Source: Lepidodermella squamata | Lineage: Eukaryota > Animalia > Gastrotricha | Assembly (NCBI GenBank): GCA_047495785.1 | Contig: JBLDXI010000029.1 | Span: forward strand, 3,410,001 to 3,474,000 | Direction of reading: 5' to 3' | DNA length: 64,000 nt | Position numbers and translations under genes: made by a program | Notes under the pieces: generated by a model | The model's input: the letters and a program-made list of their open reading frames with translations, nothing else | What the model was told of the DNA's origin: nothing | Databases searched by the model: none | Part shown: positions 12,295 to 23,574 of the stretch, one piece after another | How the letters are laid out: each line of letters opens with the position of its first letter | Position numbering within the stretch: the stretch's first letter is position 1

Positions 12295-15200
12295 CTAAAA
12301 GAGGGAATCGCTACTTCTCATCAGCTGCATGAAATCAATCATGAAATGGCCGTGCGCGAAAGTGTTGATGCCATCATCACTGACCCATCGCTTATCATCA
12401 TAGGGACACAGGGCAACCTTGGAACTTTGCATCGTAACTAAATTATGGGAGAATGATCGAATCTGATTGAAATTTATATTGACTACTTTCTTGTTCTTCA
12501 CGCAATCCCTGTAATGGTCGAATGTCAGCTTCGACTTCACGCCCTGCCGCTTAACTCCCTTCGCCTTTTTTATTTCATCTTTTTCTGAGTACAAAATTGC
12601 ATAGACCTTGGATCGTGCCCCGGCGAATTCTCGTATTACACGTCCCTTTGCTTCGTCTTTAAATACGCCGTTAGTTTTACAGTTGACAGTTGAGAATAGG
12701 AAGTGATCTTTAGGATAATCAGAGAAATCGAATAGGTTTTCGATGGGTTTCATGTCTGTGTAAACGTCTTCAGTTGTGATATGGTAGCACAACGAATCTG
12801 TGTCTGTGAAAAGAAGCTTAGCTTTGTCGCCGTACTTTCGTTTGATGACATTGTAGTGGAAGTCGTACATATGCACCTTGGACAAATCCAAAATGGCTGC
12901 TCCAACGATAATTGGTCGATCATAAAATATCTCAGTTTTTGCCATTTCCACGCTGAACAGCTCGTCACTTATCTTCTTAGCGTCCTTGAATGTTGGTTTG
13001 TTAACGAGTTTCTGAAGCTTCTTAGGGCAAGTAACCAGTTTTAAGTCAATGCGATTCCGTACGTTCTCACAAGTTTTACCGAAAATGACGTTATTCATCA
13101 GTTTGAAAAACCCCTTCTCGAATTCATTGCTAGCCTCTTTTCGCTTTCGAGTATTGAATGCGATATAGGGCTCGGCCCAATTGCTCTGCTTGAACTTCAA
13201 AGCTCGGTGCACCTTTTTCAGAACTAAACCATTATCAAGAGCTTGCTGTAGCGCGCGATAGTGCATGACGTAATGTTTCTTGTCGTTCAGATTTTGTGTT
13301 AGCTTTTTCACCTTCGCCGGCCTGTTAAGTCCTAATTGCTTATGCAGATCTTGCATGTGAGGGCTCGGTTCGCAAAGAATATGCTCTGGACAGAACGGAT
13401 AGTCATTATGTGAGTCATGAAGCCTTGCAGGATAGTCGATATCAACCTCCAGCATGTACCCGAATTCGTCTTTGGCCCCAATTGACTTCAGGAAATCTTT
13501 GGTGATTGTTTCAGGACCAATCCATTCGAAGTCTTTCTGCGGTAACCACTGGGTCATCGCGAAAGAATAAAGCGCGTTGGCGTCCCAATACATTATAAAC
13601 GATTTCGGAGCATTTGCGTCATAGTCTGTCATACCTTCGTTATTAGCCTTCGCGTACCTCCCAGGAATAACAGCTATACCGCCTCTTATGCCTTTTTCAA
13701 CGAATTCAAGCATCTCCTTATTATCAAAGAGATCCAGTTCAACACGTGTGTATTTCAACATCGCGTCCCAACTTAACCCAGGTGCACCTAAATAATGCGC
13801 CGGGTCCAGATCGTAATAACTTTTGCAGGTGTCTCGAAAACTGTCAAAACAATCTGCTAACAAGAGAACATCTGTTTTCAAATACAGGTCGTGGTAGTCT
13901 TTCAGAGTTTTGCAATTCAGTTTTGACCAAACGGCTTGTGCGTGTTCATAATCCTCGTCAGATATAGAAGTTATTTCGATTTTGTTATCATCAAGCGAAC
14001 AAGAATTTAGTCTGTTTGAGAAATGTGACTTATTCGGTAGCTGAGTTTCATTCAGCTTGTCGAGGCTATCTATATAATCGTACGGATACACTCCCTTACG
14101 AAGCAGCAGGGATCTTTGTTCAGTTGTGAACTTAGAAAGCTGTTCATCAAAATGAGCGAATCTCTTTCCCGATTTTTTCAGATTACTGACTATTTGGTCC
14201 AGGCTTTCACTCATAAACTGAAACGAATCGATAAATCGCAGTTTGCCTATACTAAAACTTAAATACTTTTCCGAGGAATTAGCTATGACGTCAATCGTTA
14301 ACAGGTTTGGTCTTTTCTTTTTGTCTTCTTTTTTGAAATTTGCAATCTTTTCTCCATTGATTTCGTTTACTACTTTTCCGGCTGCCTGCATTATCAAGTG
14401 CGAATCGTACCCACTCAGGTTATGAAAAACAACCGGGATGAAAGAATGCTTGAGATTCAAATTCAGATTGCAGGCATTATGAGCTGCTCCCCTGAAACGG
14501 CCTGTAAGATGGTCATGATCGCGGACTTTATCGTCGCCCAAGGCGCTTCGGCAAACATGGCAGTGCTGTGCATTATCATAACTTTGTTGCTCTGGTTGGG
14601 ATAACACCATGTCTTTATTGGTTTCCTGGATAAATTTCCTCAAACTGTATTGCTTTTTAATCAAGAATCTCAGGAACTGCTCCGCACAATTCGCCCCTTC
14701 AAACTGCCAATACTTCGAACGGATCTCAGGTACCTTACTAGCCAGTAAACATCCGAAGGAATTCGCAACATGGTTCTGATAAATCAAGGACCTACCCTTT
14801 TGAACATCGAAATTCGTTAGCGTAGTCTCCGCATCACAATAGAAAACGAACGGTACTTCAAGCTGCTTGTAGTAATTTTTGAAAATAACTCGGCTACCTT
14901 TCGGAGGAAACTTCACTATGACGTCGCCATTTACTATGCAATTATGCTCTTTCAGCTTTATTTCGCTGTCAAATCCAGTCAGACACTGTAAACACCAATA
15001 CTTTTTGTGCTGATCAGAACTAGGCAGCAACCTGCTCAAATTTTTTATCCAGCTGAAGTGTGATTTCACCTTAGCACCGTCTCTGAGAGTAGTTCGCAGA
15101 AGGTTAACTTCTTGGGCGTAAGGTTTCTTCGACGCGTAGTATGAAATGAGGCGATGGCAACCATCTTTTTCTTTGTATTCAATCACGTTGATCTTTATCC

Positions 15201-17283
15201 TATTCTGATCTTCAAGATTTGAAATGTCGTTCCACGAAATGGGAAACTTGATACCGTCATGTTTCAGTTCATTTTTAAAAAACTTGTACTTGGATGTTTC
15301 CTGTGCATTTTTATCTACTGGATGCAAGCAAGCCAGCATGCTCCAGATAATGCATTCATCGTCGGTGTTTTTAACATTTATAACGGCCTTTTTATCTGCA
15401 ATAAACTTCGGTGTTGGAATGTAAGATCCTGTCCCTAACGGGCAGTAGCTGAAAGCACAAACACGGAGTCGCGAAATGTTTTGGAAGATCCATCCGGAGC
15501 CACGCTGCTCGTAATTCTCAATGGCACCACCAAGTTGAGAGAAGTGTTGGTCTACAACGCTCCCTATGTCATCATCTTTCCTGATAACTGGAGCAGCCTT
15601 TACAGCGGAAGACCATTTATGTTCTGATTTACTATTGTTGTCTTTTTTCCAATTCAAATCAGCGTTAAACACTATTTTGATGTTATCATTTTGCTCTAAT
15701 TTTTCTTGCACGTAATCAACAATAGAGATGCCGCGGTTAAAGTTTCAAGCCGCCGGTTCGGTTACGGTTCGGTTAATCGAAAATCGGTAACCGAACCGGG
15801 TTAACCGCGGTTTTAACCGGGTTAAACACGGTTAATCCCTGGCATTGCATTCATTCCATTGAATGTTAAAATTGAAGGTTTTTGCATTGCAATAGCCCCT
15901 TAACCATAGCTCTAGTTAGAATTTGAGCTACACCACGCGATTCTACATAAAAAACTGCATAGTTTCATGTATTACTCGACTATAAAACTCATCCGGGGAA
16001 AAAAATTAGTTGGGTGCAATAAAGCAATAAAATAATTTGAAAAAGGCAGTTATCTCCGGAGGTATGATGGCAATCGAAATTCTGTCAACGGAATCGGATC
16101 CGGCGTGAAAAGTTACCCCTCCGGGGTTTCTAAGGGGGGTTTCAGCGACAAAGAAAGCGGTTTACCCGATTTATTAGATCTTGAAAACTTCAGAAGATTA
16201 AAACCGCCAAATTAAGAGGTTTTGATCATTAACCGGAAGCGAAATTGATTTTGCGATATATTTTATATTATCATGAATTACGAACTCAAAATTTGGGGTC
16301 TAGGGTAAAATTTGCCGCTGAATTCATTGGCAACATCCATTATCACGTACCGGTGATCGATTATCGATTATCGGTGATCGGTGATCGGCAAATTGATTGA
16401 TTTTCCTAAGTGGCTAATTGACATGAAAAACGTGAAAAACACTTGCGAACCAGCGTAAAAGAATGGAGAAGTTGATAACATGTAATAATATGCTTACTTT
16501 TCCGAAGTTTTGCAATTGAGTGTCTATATCCGGTCTATAGGGCGGTTATTTCGGTTAAAACCGCGGTTACGGCGTCCGATGAACCGAACCGAACCGAACC
16601 GAACCGAACCGTCGGTTAACCGCGGTTTTGCGGTTATTTTTTTAACCGCGGCATCTCTAATCAACAACTGATTCTCTAACCTTTTCGGTGAATAGATGGA
16701 AGTCACTTCCTGAATTATGAGATTCAATGTCTAACCTATAGAGGATATTCTTGAAATGCTCGGGATTTTTCTGCTCATTAAATTCCATATAATTGTTATC
16801 CTCGAGAGAGTTAATGCGCTCGATATAAATGTAGCCGTCGGCAATCAACTTGTTGTACGTTGGTCCACCATATTTGATGAATTTCAAAGTCTTAGGATTT
16901 ATGACATGATTTTCTTTCTGCTCTCTGAACACCATTTCACCAGCAGAATTCAAGAAATAGCCATCTTTACGCAGCCTCTGATACTCCTGGCTGCCACTTT
17001 TTACCTTGCTTACACCTCGTTTCATAAGCTGATTATTCGCTTTGTCATAGAAAAACTCCTTTTCAAGTTTTTTGAAGTTGGACGAACCGATAGAAATATA
17101 TTTGTTCGTGATAGGATTCAATACTGTTTTCTGTTGGGTTCTTTCGTAAGGCATCCCACCCTTCGTCCAACGGTTATCTTTTAATTCAAAACCCTTCCTC
17201 AAAAGCGCATTGTATGCTCGGCCACCAACCTTAATACGACGACCGTTAGGTCCCATTACATTGGTTTCACTGTTGTCGGTCAT
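12295..17283 (-). pseudogene. polB: Protein-primed family B DNA polymerase (~1347 aa restored), split by a hAT MITE
   Basis: Exonuclease motifs YCDAET, FHNLSGYD, YLKTDV; polymerase motifs WDANALY, KLMNNVIFGK, FTDTDS; removing 15715-16659 restores ESVVDYVQEK in frame. Confidence 0.95.
15723..16659. mobile_element. Non-autonomous hAT-type DNA transposon (937 bp)
   Basis: TIR TAGAGATGCCGCGGTTAAA; 8-bp TSD ATCAACAA (15715-15722 and 16660-16667); clustered CGGTT/AACCG subterminal repeats. Confidence 0.9.
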
Positions 17284-17375
17284 GATTGTATATATTATAC
17301 TAAGAAAATAATCTTTAAGTGATTTTCCGCAATTGAAGAAATTCTTATATAGTTTTTTTCTAATGATAATATATA

Positions 17376-17684
17376 ATGACTACAAACACGATTAAGCAAA
17401 GAGGTCGCCCGAAGAAATATCTGACTGAAGAAGAACGCGAGACAGGCTATCGTGATCAGCATCGTATAGCTTGCAAAAACTACTGGAAGAAAACTATGGA
17501 AGTTGTTAGAGCAAGTCGTGCAAACCCTGTACAGGGAAAATGTCATGAAGTAACTTCACAAATGGAAGGAGCGATCACAAGTGACAGAATGTGTGAGCCT
17601 AAGCCTGAAAACCTTACGACGAAGGATATAGAGGAAATTATAAATCAAATGTTGGCAACAAAACTGCAAAAATTGCTCTCATAG
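17376..17684 (+). CDS. Small basic protein with an AT-hook-like motif
   Basis: QRGRPKK motif; ATG divergent from the pPolB ATG across a 92-bp AT-rich spacer. Confidence 0.65.
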   Translation: MTTNTIKQRGRPKKYLTEEERETGYRDQHRIACKNYWKKTMEVVRASRANPVQGKCHEVTSQMEGAITSDRMCEPKPENLTTKDIEEIINQMLATKLQKLLS

Positions 17685-17709
17685 GCTTCACTGTGCGGTC
17701 ATGATTGAA

Positions 17710-19131
17710 CTAATCCAACAAGTTATCAGCGGGCTCCCAAGTCGGCTTATCATATCCTGCCCATTTGACGTAAACCATTTCTTTACCTTTAACTTTCTTC
17801 CTTCTCAAAATCTTTTCAACCCGGTAAAGGTTTTCTTGCTGTTGGGAAGATTTCTGCAATTCCTGTTCGTAAAAGCTACCTACTACTGGTTCACCATCTA
17901 GAGCCTCGATTTTATAGGTTCTAGGAATGGTTTCGTTAACCTTGACGACTTTAAGAAGTTCTTCACTCCATGAAGGGTGGAAACCTTTTTCAAAGGTCTC
18001 TTTCAGTCGGCTGATCCTCACAATGTCACCAACAGCGAATTTGGGCTTAAGTAACTTTTTTCCCTTTGATTCCGCGTATAAATTGTTGTGAACGATGTCT
18101 CTATTCTTTGGATCTATCGCCTGAGTTGGCGTCATTCGAATCGATCTGTGCTTAGTAAGGTTGTACTCTCGAACTAGGTCATCTAATATTGCAACCCAAT
18201 TACGTGAGTTGTTCAGTGTAAAGCGTTTCCACATTCTAGTTTTAAGAGTCCTGTTAAACCTCTCGATCATGGGGTTATGAAAATTTTCATAGGTCGAGTA
18301 CCGATTCACCTTATTTGCTTTCAACCATTTAGTGAAGATTGAATTATAAAATTCACTGCCTTCATCGACCCAAATATTTTTAGGCTGTCGCCGGCTTGTC
18401 TTAATAACTGATGAGAAGGCATCGAAAACACTTTTTGCGTCTTTTGATTTCAGTGGGACGGCCCATGCATATCTGCTGAAGCAGCATATCACGGTCAAAA
18501 TGTACTTATAGCCATTATTGTCATCGGTCAAGTCGTTCATGAAGACAATGTCCATGCCCCAGGTATCGTCAACGTTATGCACATAAACGCGACATCTTGG
18601 AAACCGCTTTCTTGCGGGTTTATGAAGCTCCTCAGCTAGTGTTTCAAACTTCATTTTGCTAACTGTTTCTGATCGCGGCGGCTCTTGTTTTGTCTTTCGC
18701 TTCGGAATTTGTTGCGAGTAGCTAACAGGTTTCCTATCTCGAAGAGCCATGCCTTTCCCTTGCAGATGGTCAGCGATTCCACCTTCAACGAACGTTTTGT
18801 AGACAAATGCTGCCATAGCCCTCTCATAACCACTTTTCGATAGATCGCTAGCAATCCCGAGTGCCTTGTCTGCAAGAATTCTATCGCTAACGGTGCGTCG
18901 CTCTCTATCTTTGTAAAAGTGATAAGCAGCGTCATGTTCTCTGGCTGCCTCGTCCAACTCATTTATACCTCTGTAGCCCTGGCTCATTCTTTGAACAAAA
19001 TGTGTTCCTGGGCCAGCGTAGCTATATGACTGTTTATTGTTATAAGACCCTCCAGGAACTATTTCGCCTTGAACGGGATAACTCGGTAAATGTAATTCCA
19101 CCGGCAAGCTGTTAATTATTCTGTCAAACAT
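17710..19131 (-). CDS. Parvovirus-type PLA2 domain fused to rve integrase and a C-terminal chromodomain
   Basis: PLA2 motif YAGPGT...NELDEAAREHDAAY; DDE triad in MDIVF, VDEGSEF and IERFNRTLK; chromodomain YRVEKIL...VKWAGY..TWEP. Confidence 0.93.
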   Translation of the reverse strand: MFDRIINSLPVELHLPSYPVQGEIVPGGSYNNKQSYSYAGPGTHFVQRMSQGYRGINELDEAAREHDAAYHFYKDRERRTVSDRILADKALGIASDLSKSGYERAMAAFVYKTFVEGGIADHLQGKGMALRDRKPVSYSQQIPKRKTKQEPPRSETVSKMKFETLAEELHKPARKRFPRCRVYVHNVDDTWGMDIVFMNDLTDDNNGYKYILTVICCFSRYAWAVPLKSKDAKSVFDAFSSVIKTSRRQPKNIWVDEGSEFYNSIFTKWLKANKVNRYSTYENFHNPMIERFNRTLKTRMWKRFTLNNSRNWVAILDDLVREYNLTKHRSIRMTPTQAIDPKNRDIVHNNLYAESKGKKLLKPKFAVGDIVRISRLKETFEKGFHPSWSEELLKVVKVNETIPRTYKIEALDGEPVVGSFYEQELQKSSQQQENLYRVEKILRRKKVKGKEMVYVKWAGYDKPTWEPADNLLD

Positions 19132-19167
19132 TATTCATTAGGACTTGAAATTCTAAATAAAAAGCAA

Positions 19168-19860
19168 ATGATCAATTGGGACAGCATCGTTCAATCACAA
19201 CGACAGGAGTACAAAAATGGTTCGCCCTTTTTCCCTCAGCATCCTTCTCGATGTCTTATTATTGGACCGTCCGGGACCGGAAAGACTTCAGATCTGTTGA
19301 CAATACTGCACAACTCCTTTTTTCACAAGATCTACTTATATAGTAAAACTCTTGATGAGGACAAGTACGAGTACCTGGTTAGGCTTCAGAAACAGAAGGA
19401 AGACATTCTTTCCAAGCAAGGAATTTCAGTAAGCCTTGTTCACTCTTCCAATGACATTTTTGAAGTCATGCCTCTTGAGGGCCTAGATAAAAGTTACCAG
19501 CATGCTTATATATTCGACGATATTTGCATGGAGCAAAAAAAGCTGCAAGAAACACATATCGGTGCAATGTGGATGAGATGCCGAAAGTATAACGCGTGAG
19601 CCTTTTATCTTTCGCAGTCATATTTTAAGATCCCAAAGACAATTAGGGATAATGCCGATTTTGTTGTGCTGAAGAAGCTGGCAGACAACAGGGAGCTGAG
19701 CATAATTCATCGAATATACGCCCCTTCAATTAAGACAACTGAATTTATTGCCAAGTACAATGAAGCCGTTAGCCTTCCTCATGGTTCGTTTATCATTGAC
19801 GGTCAAAGCAAGCCACAGTGTCTACGACTTAGAGCTAATTACGCTTCAATCTTCGCCTAA
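19168..19860 (+). pseudogene. A32/FtsK-like packaging ATPase with an in-frame TGA
   Basis: Walker A GPSGTGKT and Walker B YIFDD; TGA at 19597-19599 is followed in frame by FYLSQSYFKIPKTIRDNAD. Confidence 0.9.
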
Positions 19861-20000
19861 TCATTTTTAACTATTAAAAATTAGTTTAAATTATCTATCA
19901 AACAGTTTGAATTATCTTGGCTTTACTGATTATCTCCAGTATAAAATGAGTTCAACTGAGCGTTCAATGGGCGATCATTAGGCGTTCAAGAAGCGATCAT

Positions 20001-21104
20001 GTGGCTAACGAGGAGCGACCGCTGGGCGAACATGGAGCGATTTATTCTAGCCAGAGTGATATGCCGCTACGCGAATTAACAACTGATGAACAAATTCGAA
20101 TTCTTGAAGATTTAGATAAGCAGGAGAAGATGTACGACCGACACTTGGCCATGGTTAAAGGTGATGTATATGCTTTAAAGTATAAGCATAGTGTAAATGT
20201 TGAACCCGATCCCCTTACAGCTTTGCAAGAGACTTACAGGCAGATGCCAACTGTGGAGGCAATAAGATCCGTTGCCAAGGAGCTCAAACAAACAGCAAAG
20301 AGAAGCTTACCAACAGCTAATCACCCGCATCACCTAGAAGCGGTATTACCAAAGGCGGAGCCGACAACTGAAGAGGCGAAGGAATCAGTGGAGAACATAG
20401 TTCTGAAGAGACATAACTTCCCCACAGCTAAAGAAATTGAAGAGGCTGGGGCTGACCCCGCGCATATTATTGTATCTCTTTCGCACTATAATAAAAATGT
20501 TTTGGGCTCCCAACTAGCTCAGCTCACTAAAAAGGGATACAAAGACTCTCCACAGTATCAATCGATTCAAAATGATATACAAATTTTGAAAAACTTCAAG
20601 AACTCGTTGCTTGAGACTTTTGAGAATCAAAGGGTGCTACTTGAGAAAACTGGTACAGGTATATCCAACAATTATGTGAAGATTGGTAGGTTTTACGCCA
20701 GAAAAGACGACATAAAGCGAGGGGTTTTAAGGATTCGCAAGAAGAATAAAGGTAAAGTGCAAGGTTTAGACGATATAGACATTAGTGATGGTGTCAAACG
20801 ATTGCTCTTGAAAAGGTACAATCCGAAGGTGAACTTTTCTAAGCAAGACTATGATCAATACCAAAAAATTTGTGAACTGACTGGATATCGTCCAAAACCC
20901 CATTCTAAAATCTGGAACAGAATTTACGTGACTGATGTCGTTGATGCCCAAAAGAGGCTCGTAAACGCGATTGGTGAAATCAGAGCGGGAAACAATAACG
21001 CTGAAATATATAACGAAGTTGTGAGTATTGCTGATTTTCTTTTGAAGAACAATAGATTGACCAAAGCTGAATACGAAAATCTAATAACAATGGTAAATGG
21101 GTGA
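20001..21104 (+). CDS. Polinton uncharacterised (probably virion) protein; 5' end uncertain
   Basis: 367-aa ORF in the capsid gene block; C-terminal GEIRAGNN..NEVVSIADFLL segment; TGTG motif; upstream ATG 19946 is out of frame. Confidence 0.65.
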   Translation: MANEERPLGEHGAIYSSQSDMPLRELTTDEQIRILEDLDKQEKMYDRHLAMVKGDVYALKYKHSVNVEPDPLTALQETYRQMPTVEAIRSVAKELKQTAKRSLPTANHPHHLEAVLPKAEPTTEEAKESVENIVLKRHNFPTAKEIEEAGADPAHIIVSLSHYNKNVLGSQLAQLTKKGYKDSPQYQSIQNDIQILKNFKNSLLETFENQRVLLEKTGTGISNNYVKIGRFYARKDDIKRGVLRIRKKNKGKVQGLDDIDISDGVKRLLLKRYNPKVNFSKQDYDQYQKICELTGYRPKPHSKIWNRIYVTDVVDAQKRLVNAIGEIRAGNNNAEIYNEVVSIADFLLKNNRLTKAEYENLITMVNG

Positions 21105-21837
21105 TCCAATATTTCTGCCTTTGGAATATTACTGCAATAACAGGTCGGACGCCAGCAACGTCATCGATCGTTACCTAAATGATAAGATCGATTTCACAAA
21201 GCGCAGCATCGCCGTTTCATATATTCACTTTTACGATGTTTTTTATAATGTATCACAGGCTTCAGGTAATAGTAAGCTCAGATATAAAGATCCAGAAGAT
21301 GCGACTTTTGAAATACGATTTCCTGATGGAACCTTCACTTTTCGTGATTATAACAATTATATTCACTTTGTTATGAAAGGAAACGGCCATTTCAAGACAA
21401 TCGACGGTTCAGAAGTTTACGGCATAAGCTTATCTGTCAATACTGTTCTGAATAAACTGAGCTTTCGAATTCAACCAGGTTACGCTCTTCTGATCGAGCA
21501 TGATGCTACGTCTGAATTTCTAGGTGTAGACAAAGGCGAATTCCGAGCAGATTTTAATGGGCAGCATATTCCTAACATCACGATGTCAAATGACTCAATG
21601 TTTGTTCACTGTAACGTCGTCAATAATAGCCTAGTGCCGGAGGTTAGTGATGTCATCTTCACCTGTCCGATTAACAAAAATTTCGGTCAACACGTTAACA
21701 TTGTTCCAAATGAGAAACGTTACTTGTCCTGTACGAATGCTAATACACAAAACATAAAAATAACGCTCACCACCCAGGCTGGTGCACCACTGGAGATGAC
21801 TGAAAGAAAATGGGGTATTGGTCTAGATATTCGCTAG
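21097..21837 (+). CDS. Minor capsid protein (penton, single jelly-roll)
   Basis: Beta-rich 246 aa with FYNVS, FVHCNVV and IKITLTTQAG segments; upstream of the MCP. Confidence 0.78.
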   Translation: MGDPIFLPLEYYCNNRSDASNVIDRYLNDKIDFTKRSIAVSYIHFYDVFYNVSQASGNSKLRYKDPEDATFEIRFPDGTFTFRDYNNYIHFVMKGNGHFKTIDGSEVYGISLSVNTVLNKLSFRIQPGYALLIEHDATSEFLGVDKGEFRADFNGQHIPNITMSNDSMFVHCNVVNNSLVPEVSDVIFTCPINKNFGQHVNIVPNEKRYLSCTNANTQNIKITLTTQAGAPLEMTERKWGIGLDIR

Positions 21838-21860
21838 CTTTTTCTAGTTACTTTGTTATA

Positions 21861-22160
21861 ATGAAAAATCGCAGAACAAAAGCATATGTCGTAGGACGCG
21901 GTTACGTAGACATCGCAAGAAATATGCTCGACAAATTCACTGGTCTCTTACCGGTTCAGACTTTGGCCAAATCAGCTCTATCAAAGGCAGCGGAAGTTGC
22001 CGGTGACAAAATAGGTGCCTATGCCGCAAATAAACTTGCAGACAAAGTGATGCCGGCAAAGCCAGCTGAGCGCTCTATTCAGGCTATTGAGGAGCTTGAG
22101 AAGAAAATCAAAAGAGACATCGATAATTACACCGGAACAGGCTTTAAGCTGATACGCTAA
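21861..22160 (+). CDS. Small basic core-like protein
   Basis: ATG 21861; VVGRG and YTGTG candidate protease sites; lies between penton and MCP. Confidence 0.6.
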   Translation: MKNRRTKAYVVGRGYVDIARNMLDKFTGLLPVQTLAKSALSKAAEVAGDKIGAYAANKLADKVMPAKPAERSIQAIEELEKKIKRDIDNYTGTGFKLIR

Positions 22161-22179
22161 ATATCTAATGCCTATTTAA

Positions 22180-23553
22180 ATGCTTCAATCCGAAATAGTG
22201 AACTGTCTCTTTGAGAGCCCGACCATAGATGATCGGCAGTTCGAAAGGAAAAGCTGGGCCGAGGTTTGTGCAACAAGTTTTATACAGGATCAGCCCTCTC
22301 AGCCTTCTCGCCTTATCTTTTCTACATATAACTTGCGTGAGTTGTTTTTATTGCCGAGGGAAGCCTATATCCAATTGACAGTTGAGTTCCGTCGAAACGA
22401 TAGTCAGGCTTTCAAAGCAACCGACAAGTACGCAATTAGGAACCATGTTATATCCATGTTTGAAACAGTTGAAGTGCAAGTAGGTGATAATGATAACCAG
22501 GTAGAGCAAACACGTTATAACGAACACTGGAGCTCGTTGCTGGGCGTTATTCACTGGTCTGATGACTATGCGCGAAGTCTTGGGGAAGAATCTCTTTTCG
22601 CCAGAGACTACCCAGCCCATGTCAATTATGAAATGACTCCTGAAGTTGCAGCAGAAAGTTTCGATCCTGCGAAGAACAGCTGCAACGAGGGACTACTCTT
22701 GAGATCCTTGTATGTTAAAGATCATAAGATGGTTGTCACACTTTACTTAAGGGACATTCCTTTCTTCCAAAATTATTTTGGGATGTGGACCAAGGCAAGA
22801 TTTCGTGTGATATTAACACCAAATTACACCAAACCCATAGTCGCAGCCATAGGGAAAAACGATGATTTGCCGGAAGGGATGCATTTCCAGATTTCATCAG
22901 CTTATATGTTTATTCCGGAAGTCACATTGATGCCTGAAACTAGAGCACGCATTTTGAAAGCTTTCAATACGGGTCTCACGAAAGTTTACAAATGGCAATC
23001 GCTAGAATGCTTTCAGAGCCCCCAGTTTGCTGTGAATAGTTCTTCAGTACAATGGACAATCACATCTGAGATGAAAAAACCAAGTTGGCTGTATATTGTA
23101 TTCTTGCAAGACTTCTCAGACGCAGAGTATCAAACTAAACTGACACAAATTTACACTCAATGGAATATATTCAGCTACTCTCTCATGATAAACAATAAGG
23201 AGGCGTTTGCCGAGGCCAACATGAACTTTTCACGCTTCAACGCTCACCGGCTCTATAACTATATTAAGGAAAACATGAACCATTTCAACGATCGCGAAAG
23301 CACGAACACTGGTAGCCAGCTTAGTTACCTTGATTTTTGTCGATTTTACCGTTTCCTGGCATTCAATCTGGAAAGTGTAGATGCCGGTGCTATATATAAT
23401 TCACGCGGTGACCAAAGCGTGAGTGTCACATTTAAAGCTAGAATCAGTCCTGTCGATAAGCCATTAGTTATGTTTTGTTTCATTTTTAGGGAAAAAGAAA
23501 TAGGCTTCAACTACAAAGACGACAAGCTCGAGATAAGCCTTAACATGCTGTGA
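22180..23553 (+). CDS. Major capsid protein (double jelly-roll)
   Basis: 457 aa, beta-rich; LLPREAYIQLTV, KPSWLYIVF and FLAFNL segments; size and position fit a Polinton MCP. Confidence 0.82.
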   Translation: MLQSEIVNCLFESPTIDDRQFERKSWAEVCATSFIQDQPSQPSRLIFSTYNLRELFLLPREAYIQLTVEFRRNDSQAFKATDKYAIRNHVISMFETVEVQVGDNDNQVEQTRYNEHWSSLLGVIHWSDDYARSLGEESLFARDYPAHVNYEMTPEVAAESFDPAKNSCNEGLLLRSLYVKDHKMVVTLYLRDIPFFQNYFGMWTKARFRVILTPNYTKPIVAAIGKNDDLPEGMHFQISSAYMFIPEVTLMPETRARILKAFNTGLTKVYKWQSLECFQSPQFAVNSSSVQWTITSEMKKPSWLYIVFLQDFSDAEYQTKLTQIYTQWNIFSYSLMINNKEAFAEANMNFSRFNAHRLYNYIKENMNHFNDRESTNTGSQLSYLDFCRFYRFLAFNLESVDAGAIYNSRGDQSVSVTFKARISPVDKPLVMFCFIFREKEIGFNYKDDKLEISLNML

Positions 23554-23574
23554 ATTTTCTAACTTAGAATAATA

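Noticed and set aside
12750-15424. Short ORFs overlapping pPolB (and similar ones over GPCR, capsid and P450 genes)
   Set aside because: Antisense or alternate-frame shadows without motifs
15715-16659. MITE acting as an intron or in-frame insert in pPolB (945 bp is divisible by 3)
   Set aside because: TAG at the junction and no GT-AG boundaries at its ends
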